From NCBI GenBank assembly GCA_965178125.1, contig OZ237744.1, positions 248,001-312,000 on the forward strand: DNA of 64,000 nucleotides, in the 5' to 3' direction. The DNA is from Bilabrum cf. latius. Its lineage: Eukaryota. The notes below the pieces were generated by a model that saw only the letters and a list, made by a program, of their open reading frames with translations, was not told the DNA's origin and did no database searches. Shown piece by piece: positions 26,472 to 40,900 of the stretch (position 1 is its first letter; each line of letters opens with the position of its first letter). Position numbers and translations under genes: made by a program.

Positions 26472-28582
26472 ATGAAAGTAGCACTGGCCGTTTTAGCATC
26501 GGCCGCTATCTCTGTATCCAATGCCATGCCAGCTCCGCTGAAAAAGCTGGAAGACTGGGCGAAATCTGGCCCCAGCACTGAGGTTGCCTGCGAGCCTCAA
26601 GGATCTGGAATCGACGATTTCTCTTGCAAAATCGTCGATAGAAAGTCGTCTCAGCGCTTTGCTGGTACCATCAGCGTGACTCACTCTTTTGATCAGTATG
26701 GGTGGGATTTCATGTCGGTTTCCACGTCTGCAAAATATGGCTTCTCTGACAACATTCAAGCACTAGCTGCGGGCTACCTGGAGGGGCACGAGATGTCTGA
26801 GGTAAGACTAGCACCAAGACAATTCTGCCCTAGTACGCACAATGCATTTCTAATGCGCCTGTGAATCTGCGCTTTACCGCCCGATTCGCCCCGCAGCGCA
26901 TCACCCAGTTCATCGGCAACACCTATGCAAACTAGACGTATAGCGACAAGGTGGAGAACTTCCTACGCGAGAACGACGAGTGGATGCGCGAACAGGTCAA
27001 GGTAAACGCAACGAGCGATCCCTACTGGCGCCAGGTAGAGCTGCTCGCCCTCCAGGTCCGCGGCCTGGCAATGGGCTACGCGGATGCACTCGGCCTTCCC
27101 AGGGAAACAGAGTGGGTGCTTCGCTCGATCAGGAACCTGCAAATTGGCGGCGACATGGAGGACTTGGAGTCGGCATTCCCCTCCGGGGGGGGCAAGCCGG
27201 TGGCCGCGGAGGGCCAGCACTGCAGTGCGCTGATCAAGCCCACGGCCGAATACGGCGACCTCCTGGTATCCCAGGCCACGTGGGGCAGCGTAAACGACAT
27301 GCTCCGGGTCATGAAGCGCTACTCCATGGGCTACGAAGGAGTCACCATGCCCATCAACCTGATTTCAAGCTATCCAGGCCTCCTGTTCAGCGAGGACGAC
27401 TGGTACGTCACTGCGGGGTACAGGGGCGACGGGGCCGGCGTGGAGCACGTCATGGTGGTGCAGGAAACGACCATCGGAAACAGCAACCCCGAGCTGTACA
27501 CCAAGTTCATCACCCCGAAGTCTGTGCTGGAGTGGGCCCGCAACACCATCGCGAACAGGATGGGAGACTCTGGCGCGAGGTGGGCGAGCGTCTACGCCAG
27601 GTACAACTCGGGCACCTACAACAACCAGAATATGATTGTTGATTTCGACAGGTGGACCAAGGGCCAGGCCCCCAAGAAGGGTGACGGCCTGCTTTGGATC
27701 GTGGAGCAGATCCCAGGCTATGTGGAGGCGAGAGACTTGTCAGAGGCCCTCGGGAATCCCCAGGGTCCCCCCATGCCCGACGACCTCCCCGCAATGACGA
27801 GTGCGGCCGAGCTGGGTTTGGATGCTGCCGCTCTCATCGACGGCGCGGCAGATAGCACCGTGGCCATGGCGTGGTCCTCGACCCCGTGTGACGAGTGCAA
27901 TGGATCGGATCAGGTGCTCGAGGGGGCTCTGCTCCGCGCGACCGACGAGGAGGAGCCTCCCGCTTCCGATGGTGCCGTGGTGACCCACGCCCCCGAATCC
28001 GCCGACGGGTCTGCCCCCGCCCCCACCGTGGGATACTGGCCCTCGTACAACGTGGCTTACTTCGCGCGGGTGTACAACGAGTCGGGCATGCCTCCGCTGG
28101 CCAAGAAGTTTGGCCCCTGGTTCTCGTGGGCTGACACCAGCCGCGCCAACATCTTCAGGAGGAACCACTCCTACGTGGAGCAGGGCGGTGCTGCGGCCAT
28201 GCGCGCCCTCATGCGCTACAACAACTTCTAGCATGACCCGCTGAGCACCCAGGGGCAGGAGGGCCTCTGGCCTCCATACTCGTCGGAAAACAGCATCGCC
28301 TGCCGAGATGACCTTAACCCCCAGAACGGAACCTACAAGATCAGCGCAATGGGGTACAGGAACCATGTTGAGACTGACGCGAAGATCACGAGTGCCAGCA
28401 TGGCCCTGGGTCGCGTCAAGGGCTGCCCCGGGCTCGCCATCCGCTCGCAGATCATCAACGGGCCGACGTACGACCAGCAGCCGCCGTTCGTCTTCTCGCA
28501 GTCTGGCTTCTCGAAGGTGCCCCACGCAGGCATGCCAGACAAATACGAGTTCCCCTGGGTTGAGGGGTACTTCTGCGCTTGA
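26472..28582 (+). CDS. Phospholipase B-like (PLBD) Ntn-hydrolase, 2 exons
   Basis: Signal peptide; intron 26802-26896 (GTAAGA...CAG). Motifs AAGYLEG, HCSALIK, SSYPG, ETTI, YNSGTYNNQ, EQIPG, YWPSYN, MRYNNF*HDPLS, DAKIT. Two internal TAGs, ends TGA. Confidence 0.92.
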
Positions 28583-28931
28583 TTTATTATAGACTTTTCC
28601 TCGTGTCAGCGGCCTTGAGTCGTCTAGGGCCGAGGGGCTGGCACGACTAGGTCTGTCTATTCGAGGCGTTGGGGTGCGTAGCTTGGGGCAGCGACCTTTC
28701 AGTTGGTGGCTGTAGGCTTGCTGCTCCGGCTGAATGCTTAGTATTTCATGTTGAAGTCCAATGCTTGCTGCACGTCAGCTGAGCTCCGCCCCACAGCGTG
28801 TTAGTCTTGCGACCACGCACAGGCGTGCGATCCACCACGGCAGCGGCCCTGCCCGGCGGGGTGTGATGACCAGCTCTACCGTTGCAAAACTTTGAACTCT
28901 TGTTGCCACACTGCCAGCTAGTATCTTCTGC

Positions 28932-31900
28932 ATGGATTTACGATTGAAATTGGAATCAGATGGCCTCCTGTCACGCCGTGCGAGCGCGGTCGATCAAGCC
29001 CAGGCGCATCTTGCAGCGTTGACCTCTGGCCATCGACCTTGGGAATAGAACAGGCGACGGCCACCCACAATTCGTGGAGAGCAGAAAGGCAGCTCATCCC
29101 AGACCGAATCAAGTACTAGTAGCATGCCGAGTTGGCTCGAGACGCGCGACGACTTCGCGGGAATGAGGGGTGTTTCAGTTGCATCTCTGCAGGCTCGCCG
29201 GCAAGCAGCGGCCGGTTATTTGAAGCGCAGCGCTGTCAACGTAGTTGCTCGCAGATTGGAAGCAGCCACGATGGGCTTTGATGACCTCGCAAACAAGAAA
29301 GACGCCCTGCTTCAGGCCCTGAAGTCTGCTCGTGGTACTGAGGACAAGTCATCCGACGGTGCGTCTGGAGTCGTATCGGGGCAGTTTCGACGGGTTGCAA
29401 GGAAAGGACAAGATGCAGATATTGAAGCAGAGGATAGAAGATTCGGACTACGGCATGCCGGAGCTCGTCGTGATGCGATATTCATCCACGCCAAGGATGC
29501 CGACAGCGCGCCGGAAGTGGCATTTGCTCGCAGCAAGCTGACTGAGATCCAGGTGGCGGCACTGCGTGCAAGCCGGGACAAGCTGTCGCTTGAAGCAGGC
29601 AGAGATGCCGAGGACGTTGCTCTTCAGGAGCAGATGCAGGGCCAGCAGTCGCGCCAGGAGTCGAGGTACGTTCACGACATCGGCATCCTGGCGCTTGTGG
29701 GCAACGGGAGGAGCAGAGCCAGAAGCAGGTCGAGGGTCGCTTCTTCCGGTTTGGGTGGGGACTAGGCGCGCGGCCCTGATAGTCCCAGCTCGAGCTAGAG
29801 ACGTCTCGGCGGTGGTGATGCTACCCGGAGCGACGAGTACGATTAGGGCCCGTCTCTGGGGGGGGGCGTGCAGCGAGAGGGCGCGATGCAGCAGCCCGGT
29901 GCTCTGCGAGGAAGGCTCGACACAGAGGGGGACCTCCGGCCACTGGAGGAAGCCAAAGATTCTCCGCGGTGGAAGACGGCTCCCGTCGATGCTAGCGATG
30001 GAGCGAGCGAGGGCAAGCGCGTGGATGGATCGCAGGGCGGTGTCGATGCCAGTCAGGGCGGCGTGGGTCCTGAAGACTCGCTGCGGTCGCTAGGCAGCGG
30101 AATGGCTGGATTTGCCGGCGAGAATGACGATGACATGGACTCAAAAGTGTCGTCCATCGCAGGCGGTGCGAAAGGCCGAGCATCGGCAGGCAGGTCCTCC
30201 CTCCACGCGGGCATGTCACGATCAGGTCGAGTGGTTGCGTCATCGCCACTCAGGACGAGAACGCTGTCTGCTCCAGTATCTGCTATGCCAGAGGCAGGGG
30301 TACAGAGGGACACCAAAAGGATGCAAGCGAGCGGGGCGCTTGGAATCATCCGGGAAACGCAGAGCCTTGCTTTGGACACGGGCTCAGCCGCGTCGCGTGG
30401 GACCACTGGCATGCCCGGCTAGCCGTCGCCTTCGATGAGCCCAGCCACTCGCCAGCGGTGGACTGGAAGTTCTCGTCGGCAAGGCCAGGGCCAGTTCAGT
30501 TCATGGGAGGCAAGGCGGGGCGGGATCAAGCAGAAAGAAGCAGAGCCAAGCCCATCGCAGCTGAAAGCGAAGAGCATGATGGCACTAGTGGACGAAGGGA
30601 TTCCAATCGGTATGGCTATCAGGCTTGCATCTGATCGCCCCAAGACGCAATTGGCAGTGAAGCGAATCAAAAAGACCGGGAAAGGACTGATTGCAGCCGT
30701 TGAGAAGCAGCTATCGCGCGGAATCGGGCTGGACGAGGACGAGAACAGCGAGGACGAGGAGCAAGGCGGTGGCACCGGCAGGCGGAAGTCAACCGCTAGT
30801 CGGGGCAGCCGTTCACGTGCGTCTTCCCGTTGCTCTAGCCGTCGCGGTTCCATGCATAGTAGGCGATCCCGGCTTCGGACGCTGCAGTCTGGTGACGAAG
30901 CGTCGGTTTCCGGTAGCGACAGGGACTCTGAGGACAGTAGCAACGATGCAAGGCCTAGCTCCAGCTCCTCTGACAGCGAAGGAAGCGATGGAGGCGGTTC
31001 TGCAAGCAGCTCAAGTTCTGCGCAGGCAGGCGGCGGTTCTGGGACCGGCGAAGCTTCGTCAGCCAAAGCAACGGCCAAAGAGCTGCTGCAGCAAGCAGAG
31101 GAGGAGAAGCTGGAGAGGACGCTTGCCAAGGGGAGGCAGGCCCTGGGCATCGCGGGTCCGAACCCACGGAGGCGATCTGCGAAATTGCTCGTGTCGCCGG
31201 CAGTGGAGCGAGCCAAGCAGCACATGCAGATGTCCACCGATGCCGCTGACCGCCAGCGAATGAAGAAGGCTGTGGCGATGGCAGCAGCAAGGATCCCCGA
31301 GTGGGACCAGAGGGCGGACCCGGTGCTCAAGCTGTCGGCATACCACAAGCAACAGCTGAAACTCCGGGAGTCGACGTTCACATCATCGTCCGAGCTGGCA
31401 TCCGGGGAGCGCGCGATCCGTCGAATGTTCGTGAAGCTCATGAAGACCTTTGGTCTTGAGCACCACGAGACTGAGCGAGCTCGCGTGATGCTCACCAAGA
31501 TCTACATCGCGCAAAGGAAGATATCAGAGGCGGATCAGCTCCGCGACAATCCCGAGGGGCACATCAAGACGCTCGAGCGGGCATTGGCGCATTACGATAA
31601 GGCAAAGAAGAGGGCCGCCAGAACCGACAAGATCGGCACGATGCTGACGAAGGCACTGCTCACGAGCGCGTTCACGTCGACAAGCGGTTCCAAATCAGGC
31701 ACGGGGGCAGGCAAGTCTGCTGGAATTCGCGGAAGACACGGCCGTGTTGGACCTTCCAATCGAGCACCGGGCGGCAGCGTGAGAGTTCATCGGGCGTAGT
31801 CTGCGCTGGCCGGGAGCACGGCGCTGTCTGCTGGCATGCGTGAGCTCACGCAGTCCCAGCAGGTGGATCCTGCACTTCGACGGGTGGTGCTTCGGCCACA

Positions 31901-34900
31901 AACCGGCGCTCTCGTATCCGATCTCGTGGAATAGAGCTCGGCAGAGCCCATGCGTGGGATGCTTGGGAGCGCCTCAGCACCAGCCTTTCTTGATCCGGTC
32001 GCGGGTGCCTCAGCCTCGGTTGAGACGACCACTGCGAGCAACTCTACATCGGGCAATGACAAGTCGTTTGCAGTATCAGCGGCAGCTCTGGTGGTCAACA
32101 CCAAGTCCACTCTCACAGCGGGCAGGGACGGTTTTGTCGTGAAGGACGAAGCGTCTCCTAGCAGCAGCGGGGAACAAGCACGACATGCGGCCGTGCTGCG
32201 GGCCAACCGCCACATTCCTGACAGCGTCGCCGCGATTCGCAGGTCGGCCAGCCTGGAGAAACATCTCACGCAATCCGTTGTTGTATCCCGTTCCCATGCC
32301 GTGCAAAAGGCACACGCTGCGCCTGTGAGACGTGGGGAGGCTACGGATTCAAGCAGGGGAGGAGGTACGGTGAAACGATAGCATATTACTCGACAGGCCG
32401 CGACCAAAGACGGCGACAGCAAAGACGCGGCCGTTCGCAAATCGGACGTGCGCGATATGCAAAGCGCACACAACGCGCTTCAAGCCTCAAATCGGCAGTC
32501 CGAAGTGAAGCTGGAAGTGCCACCAGAAGCCCTTCCACCCGTGTCACCAGTGAGGGCCTCACGCTCTCGGCGCGTCTCGGGCGCAGGTTCGTCGTTCGAA
32601 TCCGAAGCTGCGATGCAGAGCACAAGCAACGACAGGGAGGGTCTGCGAATCGCCGCCGAGCGCGGAGCCACGCTGGCCCTGATCGGCAGCAGGCCCTCAG
32701 GAATCAGCAAAGTTACGGTGTCCAGGGTTGGCGTAGGATCCTCCGTCTCCGCAACAGTGATGCATGTCGATACTAGCGACATTCTCGCCGCGCCTGATGC
32801 TGGAGATACGACAGGCACTTCTCGTGCCTAGCAGCTGTACCAGCTGGCAATCAGGGCACGGAACCGAGGCGATATTGCTGCGGCTGCCACGATGGCTCGC
32901 AGTGTTGTTGGACTAGATCCACTCCACCAGCAAGCAAAGTCTTTGTTTCAAGAGTGCCTGACTCTTCTGAATCACTCGGTCCGTAGGGAGGAGCTCGATG
33001 TCGCCATCGTTCTGAGGTCGCCGAGGAGGACCGTCCTCGGCGAGCCCATCGTTGTGGATTTCCTAAGGAGCCAGTCGGGACACACGAAGAGGCTCAAGAA
33101 AGAGGCAAAGGATTGGGCTAGGGGCCTCAGCGGCGAACAAGACGGCGGCAAGACAGCTGAGGCTGGCGGCGGGAGCGCGGCCGCCGAGCCAGGCGGCGGG
33201 TCGTCAGCAGCTGCCGGTGAGCTGTTGGACTGGATTGGTCTGTTCTACGTCAAGCACCCTTCGCCTGAGCAATTAGAGGCCTTGCGTCACTCCGCTCAGG
33301 TGCGGAAGAACGTGTTGCGTAGACGGCAAGCCGAGGGTAGCACGTCCGGCGCGAGCGCTGCAACCAACCAGCTGCCGTCAGCGCAGGGCCCCTTGTTCCC
33401 TTCTAGAGCAACATTGAGCGCATCGGGAAGACTAGAAGAATCCGAATCCATCGACAGAATCGGTCTTGCGCCCGGTCTTGCCGCTGCCACGCTCGTACCG
33501 TCGTCCACGCCGGCCAGGAAGATCATCGCCAGCCACTCGCAGGCGCCGGTTGAAGCACCAGTGGCGGAGTCCCCCTCCCATCGCATGCATACGTCTACTC
33601 AAACAAAAGGCTCAATGCCAGGCCTCAGTGCTATGGTCTCAATGCTTGCCAGTGATGGGTCCACTGGGGCTGTGGCACCAACAGCCCCAGTGCCAAGCAA
33701 GCATGGCGGCAAGGCCAGGACAAGGAGGCGAAGCATGGGCTTGCGCTCTGAAGCTGCCAAAGTGGCCGATTCAGCCACTGCAGGGGGCAAGCACGAGTCC
33801 AGCAACCGCGAGAATCTCCGCAAGTTCAAGCGGAGACGCAGGTCGCTTGAGATGCACGAGGGACTGGCTTCTGTGCTTCGGAAGGCGGTCGCTGAGGCAC
33901 GGCAGGCAGCAGCGGACGGCTTGGATGAAGGCGTTCTGGATCCGTACGGACCACTTGCTGGTGACGAGGAACAAGCTGAGGCAGAGATAGAAGCGCAGGT
34001 GCTGGAGGCTGCCGTGGCCCACCCACCTGACACGAGGCTCGATTTCGGGGATGGGCCACGGGAGGCAGACGAAGAGCTCATTGCCTGGGGGATCGCGCAG
34101 CCGGGGACTTCGAAGGGGTCAGTCGTCTTCCATGGCGTCCCTTCGAGGACAGGCGTGTATCGCGTGCGATACTACATGAAAGGATCGTAGGTGTCTGTTG
34201 GCGCGTATCGAGAGGTGCTCGTTGGCAACGTTGAAGCCGACGTTCACGTGCCGCGTAGGCACGTGGTTGGTCATGGTCTCCGGTGCAAGTACTTTCTGCA
34301 CTTTTAGGAATCGACGCACAGCACGCCGGCATGGGCAGGCCTGTACATTGCGCCACCAAAACGGTCGAAATGGAGGCGGCTGGCCGCGGTACTAACCATG
34401 TCTGGCGCTTCCTCGGCCATGGGCACGGCGGCTGGAGTGGTGGGAGGACGCAAACCACCGAGCGCAACGCCATACGATGATCAGCGGCCGATACAGTCCA
34501 TCCGACTGCCGCGGACTTCCAACGGCGAAGTCATCTTTAGGCATCCGCTTTATCCTGGTTTGTACGAAGTGCGCGTGTTTACTTCACCTGACGAGTCTAC
34601 GCTTGTCGCCACGTCGCAGCCGATCGTGGCTGCAGCGCCAATGCCTCGCTTCCTCACGGATCCGCACACTGCAGCTCGCCGGGAGCTGCGATTCTATCTC
34701 AGCTCGTCCTGCAACGGCAGGTAGGAGGAACGCGATGCCGTGGTTGAACGAGCCTATGCCGTCGTGAGGAATCACGCAGATGCGCGGGCCGTTTCTGTTG
34801 TGGTTGTGGACTTGAGGCAGCAGCTGACCGAAAAGGATGAGTAGATCGCGCAAGACGTGGTAGAGGCCAGTGGCGGCGCCCCGGGAGAGAGGAAGGATGC

Positions 34901-37900
34901 TGGGTTGAGTGGTCTGCTGGAAGGGGAGGATCTCGAGGAGGAATTCTACAGCGATGAAGACGAAGAGGAGGCGGAAGAGAGGATAGAAAACATCAAAAAG
35001 AAGCTGCCCGTGGGTTCTTTCGTGCTCGCTAGAAAGGTTGTGAGCCGCTTCCGCTTCGACGAAGTTCTATCCGCTGCTCTGCAGGAGATCGAAGACTGCA
35101 GGCCCAACGCTATCGCGGTGGTTGGAAGCTTCTACGGCTGGACCGTGAACGAACCCCTCCCAGACTGGCTGCTGTCTGCTTTCCCGTGGTTGCGGCACTA
35201 CAGCAATCCCGAGCTTGCCGAAGTCCGTGGCCATCTGGCTAGGCACTGGGAGGAGAGGAAGGCGATTGCGGAGCCTGGAGGCATGGGGGAGGAGGAAGGT
35301 CCCACGTCAAGCGGGATGGGTGTGTTGAAGAAGGCTGTGCAGTCCGCGATTGGGAAGAATTCTGGCGGCATTCTTGCTGCATTGCGAAGGCACAGACCAT
35401 CCGGCAGCGAAGGAGCTGGGCAGAAGAAATCGAGCACGGACGCAAACTGGCCAAACCTGGAGAACGCGCCGAAACCGCCGCAGGAGCTTGAGAGCACGAT
35501 CATGTCTGCTTCCATGCAGGAAATCGAAATGGAGGCTGCTTTAGGTATGCCAAACCATCGGCCAGTAGCGGAACGCAACACTCTGCGCCAATTTTCAGCT
35601 CGGATCAGAGACTAGATCGCAGGACCTACCATGGAAGAAGTGCGCTCACTGGTCAAGGCCACTGCAGGCGTTGTACGGCAAGCATCGCAGTTGACGGCGC
35701 AGAAGGCCCAAGAGCATTTGAACGAGACGCTGGTCGGTGAAACGCCTCGATCCAAGTCGCCAGTTCCGGGGCAGCTGAGGAGATCGAGTCCCAGGAAAAT
35801 GGGACTTGGGATAGACATTGCCAGCAAAGCGGGTGACGCGCCTACACCGCTGCACATCTCCTCCTCAAAGCAAAAATCGCTACGAAACCTGCTGAAGCAA
35901 CACAGCAACAGCACGCGCAAGCTCAGCACGAAGCCCTCCATGGCCGAAGTGGCGGCGCCAGATGGGCGGTAGCATGACGCGCTGGACCAATCGGTATCTA
36001 GGATTGCTGGTGCTCTGCTGTCCGAATCTCACCGCGGTACAAGTGACATGCCTCAGCAATCGGAACAGCAGCAGCATTTGGGCGGGTTTACCCCCATGTT
36101 TGCGCTATTGCAAGGGGCGCACGGGCCTGGCGCTGTGTCTCGAGATTCACTGGGCCGAGGCGTCGTTGGGCTACTTTGCGGTCATTGGCGACCCAAACAG
36201 CTCGTTCTGTCCCTTCTCCGCCGGCTGGGCGGGCGCTCGCGGTTATCTTCAGCTCTGAACGGCGGCGCGAGGACTCCATTCAGCCAGCGGACCAGAGGGG
36301 TGCAACAGAGGAGCCGCGGTCCAGGCACGGCGGCCGATGCGGCCGTACGTGCCGCAGGTGATCCCACTCACAGAGACGCCGCGGTGGCTGTGCTCTCTAG
36401 GGCACTTGGCCTCGCCACTGAGCTGAGCACGCAAGGGTGCTGGAGAATTCTGGGCTCGTTCGTTACCGTCGGTCGGGGCATTCGACCGACTGCAACCAAG
36501 GAGACTGGCCCTGCCGTATTGCCCATCACTGTGGTGACCCGTGGCAGGAAACCATCCTCCCGAGCAGATCCAAATGCGGCATCAAAGCGCACAATGGAAG
36601 CCCTCCAGGCATCAAAGGCGTTTGGAGAAGCAGCTGCAGCTCTGGAGGGGCCGGGGTCTCATGTCAAGTCGTCAGGGGCATTCTGGCAGGACGAGGAGGA
36701 CGAAGATGGCAGCGATTCCCCGGATATTGGGACTCCCACCACGCCTTTCACGAGAAAGAAACTGTTCGGTGGGAGCGTGCGAGCAAACAGCCCTTCCGCT
36801 CTTATGCCATCATTTGCACTGTCCAGACCGCCGTCACCAGAGGCAGGTGACACGTCGGTTCTCTCGGGCAAGAGACCGAGACGAGGTCACGTCAGTTTCG
36901 CTGCTGGTGCGGACCAGCCCAATTAGAAGCCTGCCTTCTCGCCCGGCCGTTCTGGTCTCGATTGGGTCACACAGCCAGCAACCCGCAGCGAGGTTGCTCA
37001 GAACAATATGATCGCCGACGTGGTGCGAGCCAGGGCGGCTGTCTCGGCTCTGAATAGGCACGGCTCTTAGCATGTCGGCGTGATTGCATCACACCGATCG
37101 CAACACCTGGACTTTCTGCCGGGTGTTGCGATTCTGGCGGAGCGGTGGCTGGAGCAGGTGGGCATGCTGCAGCAGTGGCAAGATGAGCAGATCCAGGTGC
37201 GAAAAAGACAACTGGCAGGGGCCGATGATACCGGAGAAGGTGGCGGACAGGCTGCGTGGGGCCAGAAAAGGAAAAGGCGCCGTGCCTCCGTCGTGGCAGA
37301 TGCTCTCGCCGGCGCTCTTCGTGTTGCATCAGAAATCGTTGCGGCATCGACGCCTTTCTGTGCAGGCCCTGAGGTGCTTCAGATGCAGCCTCAAGCTTTG
37401 TTTGGGATCGTAGACAACCTGGCTGCGGCAAAGATTCTGAGGCGGTGCCTGTACGGGCTTGCAGCTGTTGGTGCTGGCGTGCGACGACCGCCACTACCTG
37501 CATCCGATGACAGGCCGGACCTGGACGAAGACGCGTCCTTTAGCTTCGGATACCTGCTCGAAGACCTCTCTGCCTCCTCAAAGGTGTACGTGCCACACCC
37601 TTCACGTGCCGGGGCGGGCGCAGGAGAGCAGCTGGCAAGCTCTACCCTTGCCAATAGGTACACACCCCCGCCAAAGGAGGCCGAGCTGGCGCTGCTTCGG
37701 ATGAGGAACGTATCCATGCAGCGGGGTGACAAGGCCAGGACGGGATACGAGGGACCGGCACATATCACAAGCTGGGCTGCTGGCGACATGCTTGGTTCGC
37801 TCGATCGGTCCTTTCCGGAGGAAGAGGCGCCGACAGCGAGAGACTTGTGGAGCGTTGCGTGCGCCGGTTTTGCTGCATCGCGATCCGTGCTCTTCGTCTC

Positions 37901-40900
37901 CGACCTCGCAATTGAAGGCACTATGGAAATGATCACCGATCACGTGGCCCTCAGCAACCGATCCACCAGACCCATGGTGCTGCTTGGCGCGCAAGGCAGC
38001 GGGAAGTCGGCCATTATCGCACACTGGGCCTCTCGTTTTGCCACTGCCTTGGGCCAGTCTGCTTCGGCAGATGCCGCCAGGGTGCTTTGGCTGCACGAGA
38101 GTCTTGCGAGCGGCAACATGGCTGCCTTGATCTCTGCAACCGACGTCATGCATGCGTACAGCAAGACGGTGTTGGGCAAGGATGTCGGATCAGAGAACAA
38201 GCACCAGGGCGCTGACGTTTCTGATCTGCCGTCATCACGTCCTCCATCACGGTCAGGAGCGGGCTTGGCATCCAAGTATGCGAGGGGCGGTCGCTCGCAG
38301 GCCAGCATATCTCACGAATGCGTAATTTACAGATCGCAGCCAGTGGCACCATCCTGCCTGCTCTTCTACGACGGTGCTTGCCCCACGCTGCTGATCACCG
38401 TGTACTGCGGGGAGGGTGGCACGCCTCGGCTAGGCTGGGAGCTCATCCTGATGATAGCAGGCGAGATCGAGACTGCTGTTGTCGCACTCATTGGACAACG
38501 CACCGGTGGGTTCTCGCAGATGCTGAACGGGGGCTCGCACCTGAAGGGCGGGTCTGCCAATCAACGAAGGTTCGGTCAAGCTTCGGAAGCTTCCTCGACT
38601 CCAAAGTCGGGTCCAGCCGGTAGCGCCAGCGGCATGCGGCCTAGGCGGTCATCGTTTGTGGCATCTGGTCCAAGCATGGGTGCGAATGGGTCGGCATCAA
38701 GCGGGGACAGCGAACAGGCTTCCTCCTCGGTGACAGAAGAAGACGCGGGAAAAGTCGTGGCTGCTGCTGCCGCCATCCGAGATGCGTTGTTGTCTGGCGA
38801 CCCCCCATCCGCTGTATCAAGGGCCTTCCTGCTGCTGCTGCGGAGAGCAGCCCTTGCCGGGGTGCGCCTGGTCATGATACTAGATGGAGTAGAGCATTTG
38901 GACCACACCCAGCCACTCTTCAGTGCCACTGGTGCGATGGCCCGGGAGCAGTCTGAGCGGATCGAGTCTGCGTCGAGAGGCGGCGGAGCCAGCACGCGGC
39001 TAGCTGGCATGCGCGCCGCCTTGAAAGAGGCCCGAGATCTGGCCGAGAGACGGGCCTCCATGGATGTGGAGGAACACGAGAGGGTCAAGAGGATGAAGCG
39101 CGCTGCCCAGAGGGGCAAGCAGCCGGGACTGACGAAACCCATTCGAAGGAGCTCGCTGGCAGGCGAGGAGCCGTCGCAGGTAGCGGCTGGGTCTAGTGGC
39201 CAGGAGCACAACCCACACTACGTTCCAAAAGATCCATCAGATGTCGCCAGCCGCACGCGCAGTGCGGCCAAGAAGGGTATGTTTGGCAGAAGGCGCAGTA
39301 GCGTTGTACTGCTTGACCCGCTGGGCGACGATGCAGACAACATGGCCACCACCGCGATTTTGGGAGAATCGCCGCGAAAATCGGCTCGAGCTGGGCATCC
39401 CGGAGAGCATCGGGGCTTGGGTAGTAGGCACAGCACCGGCCAGCAGCCCGATTCGCACGAGCAGGATCAGAACCAGAGCTGGATCGAGCCGAGGGAGCCT
39501 CTGTGGTGGCTGCCTACACAGATGCCTCCAGGGTCTCGGCTGATCCTCACGACGTCTACCGGTACCAGAGCTGCGCAGGTCCTTAGAGGGAAGGGGCTAC
39601 TGTAGGAAGCGACCAAAGTTCCACCCATGCAGTCCACCACAAGGACTGCCATTGCACTTGCTGCTCTCTCGAGGGATGGACCGGCCGGCCCTGGTGGCCT
39701 TGAGTATGGCTTCAACCACGGCCTGCGGCTTAAGCATCACCTACCTCTGCCGTCACCAGCCAAAATCGTGGATCTTGGGTCTGCTCCAGAGCTGCGAGGC
39801 GCTGTCGGAGACGGAGAGACAACCGATCACAGGTTTATTCGACTGCGTCGCCGCCATGCACCGAAGGTTGCAAAGTTACAGGTCGACACGGGAGCTAGCA
39901 GCCCCAGCAAATTATCGGTTTCTATGCTGAGCACGGAACACAAGCAGCCTTAGTTCAAGCTGTTTGCAGCAGCCCGGCGCGTTTCATTTGACATGACAGC
40001 AAACAGCGGGCACGGAGGGTCTTTGGCGAGCATGAAAGCAGCCGCAATTCAGGGCATGTTTCGGTCAGAGACTAGCGGTGGTCCAGAAAGCGAGCAAGGC
40101 TCCGGCAGCTTGGATGCCCCTGTGCCACCAGGACTGACCGCACCAGAGTGGCAGATGATCCAGCCGAAGGAGAAGGAGAGTCTCTTGGTGGCCCTCGTTC
40201 GCATCCTCACTGCCCCCCAGACTCAGGAACAGAAGGCTTCTTCCAAACCCCAGAAAAAGCTCGGTGCTAGCAGCAGTCAAGGGGCAAGCGGTCCTAAATC
40301 GTCGTCTGCGACAAGCTCCCCTGACGGTCAAGGAGATGACGCAATTGAGCCAGACAAGCCAGAGGTTCGGTTGTCTACCCCGGCCTACCTTCGATTCGCG
40401 ATTGCCAGACTGCTACTGTGTGCCACGCCAGCTCAGGCACTCTCTGTTGCAGCGCGGATGCGTGGCATACCGGATGGAAGGCTGCAGCTCTTGCATGTAC
40501 TCGAGGTAGTGGAGGCAGCCTATCCCATCGCAATCGATGCACTGTGCCTACTAGGCGTTGCGGAGCGCGGCATGCAAGAGAACGAGCTGTGCGACATGCT
40601 GGGCTGCAAGTCGGGCGCACAAATTCAAGAGCAGCGGGGCAATCACACGAACCCGTACGGCATCAGCGCCATCCCATCATCACAAGATTGGTTTTGCTCC
40701 AGGCGAGAGGCATACAGAGGCTACAAGAGGAGGATGCGGGCGCGGTGGGATCCCCGCCAGTGGTCCGTTGCGCGTCGCGTGCTGCTGACGTGCTGCGTTG
40801 TGAGGTCGCGGGGCCTCTGGGCGCTCGAGTCGCAGGCCAGGCCGGTTATCGAATCCTACCTGTTGCACGAGAGATCAACCCGCAAGCGATTTCTGCAGCG

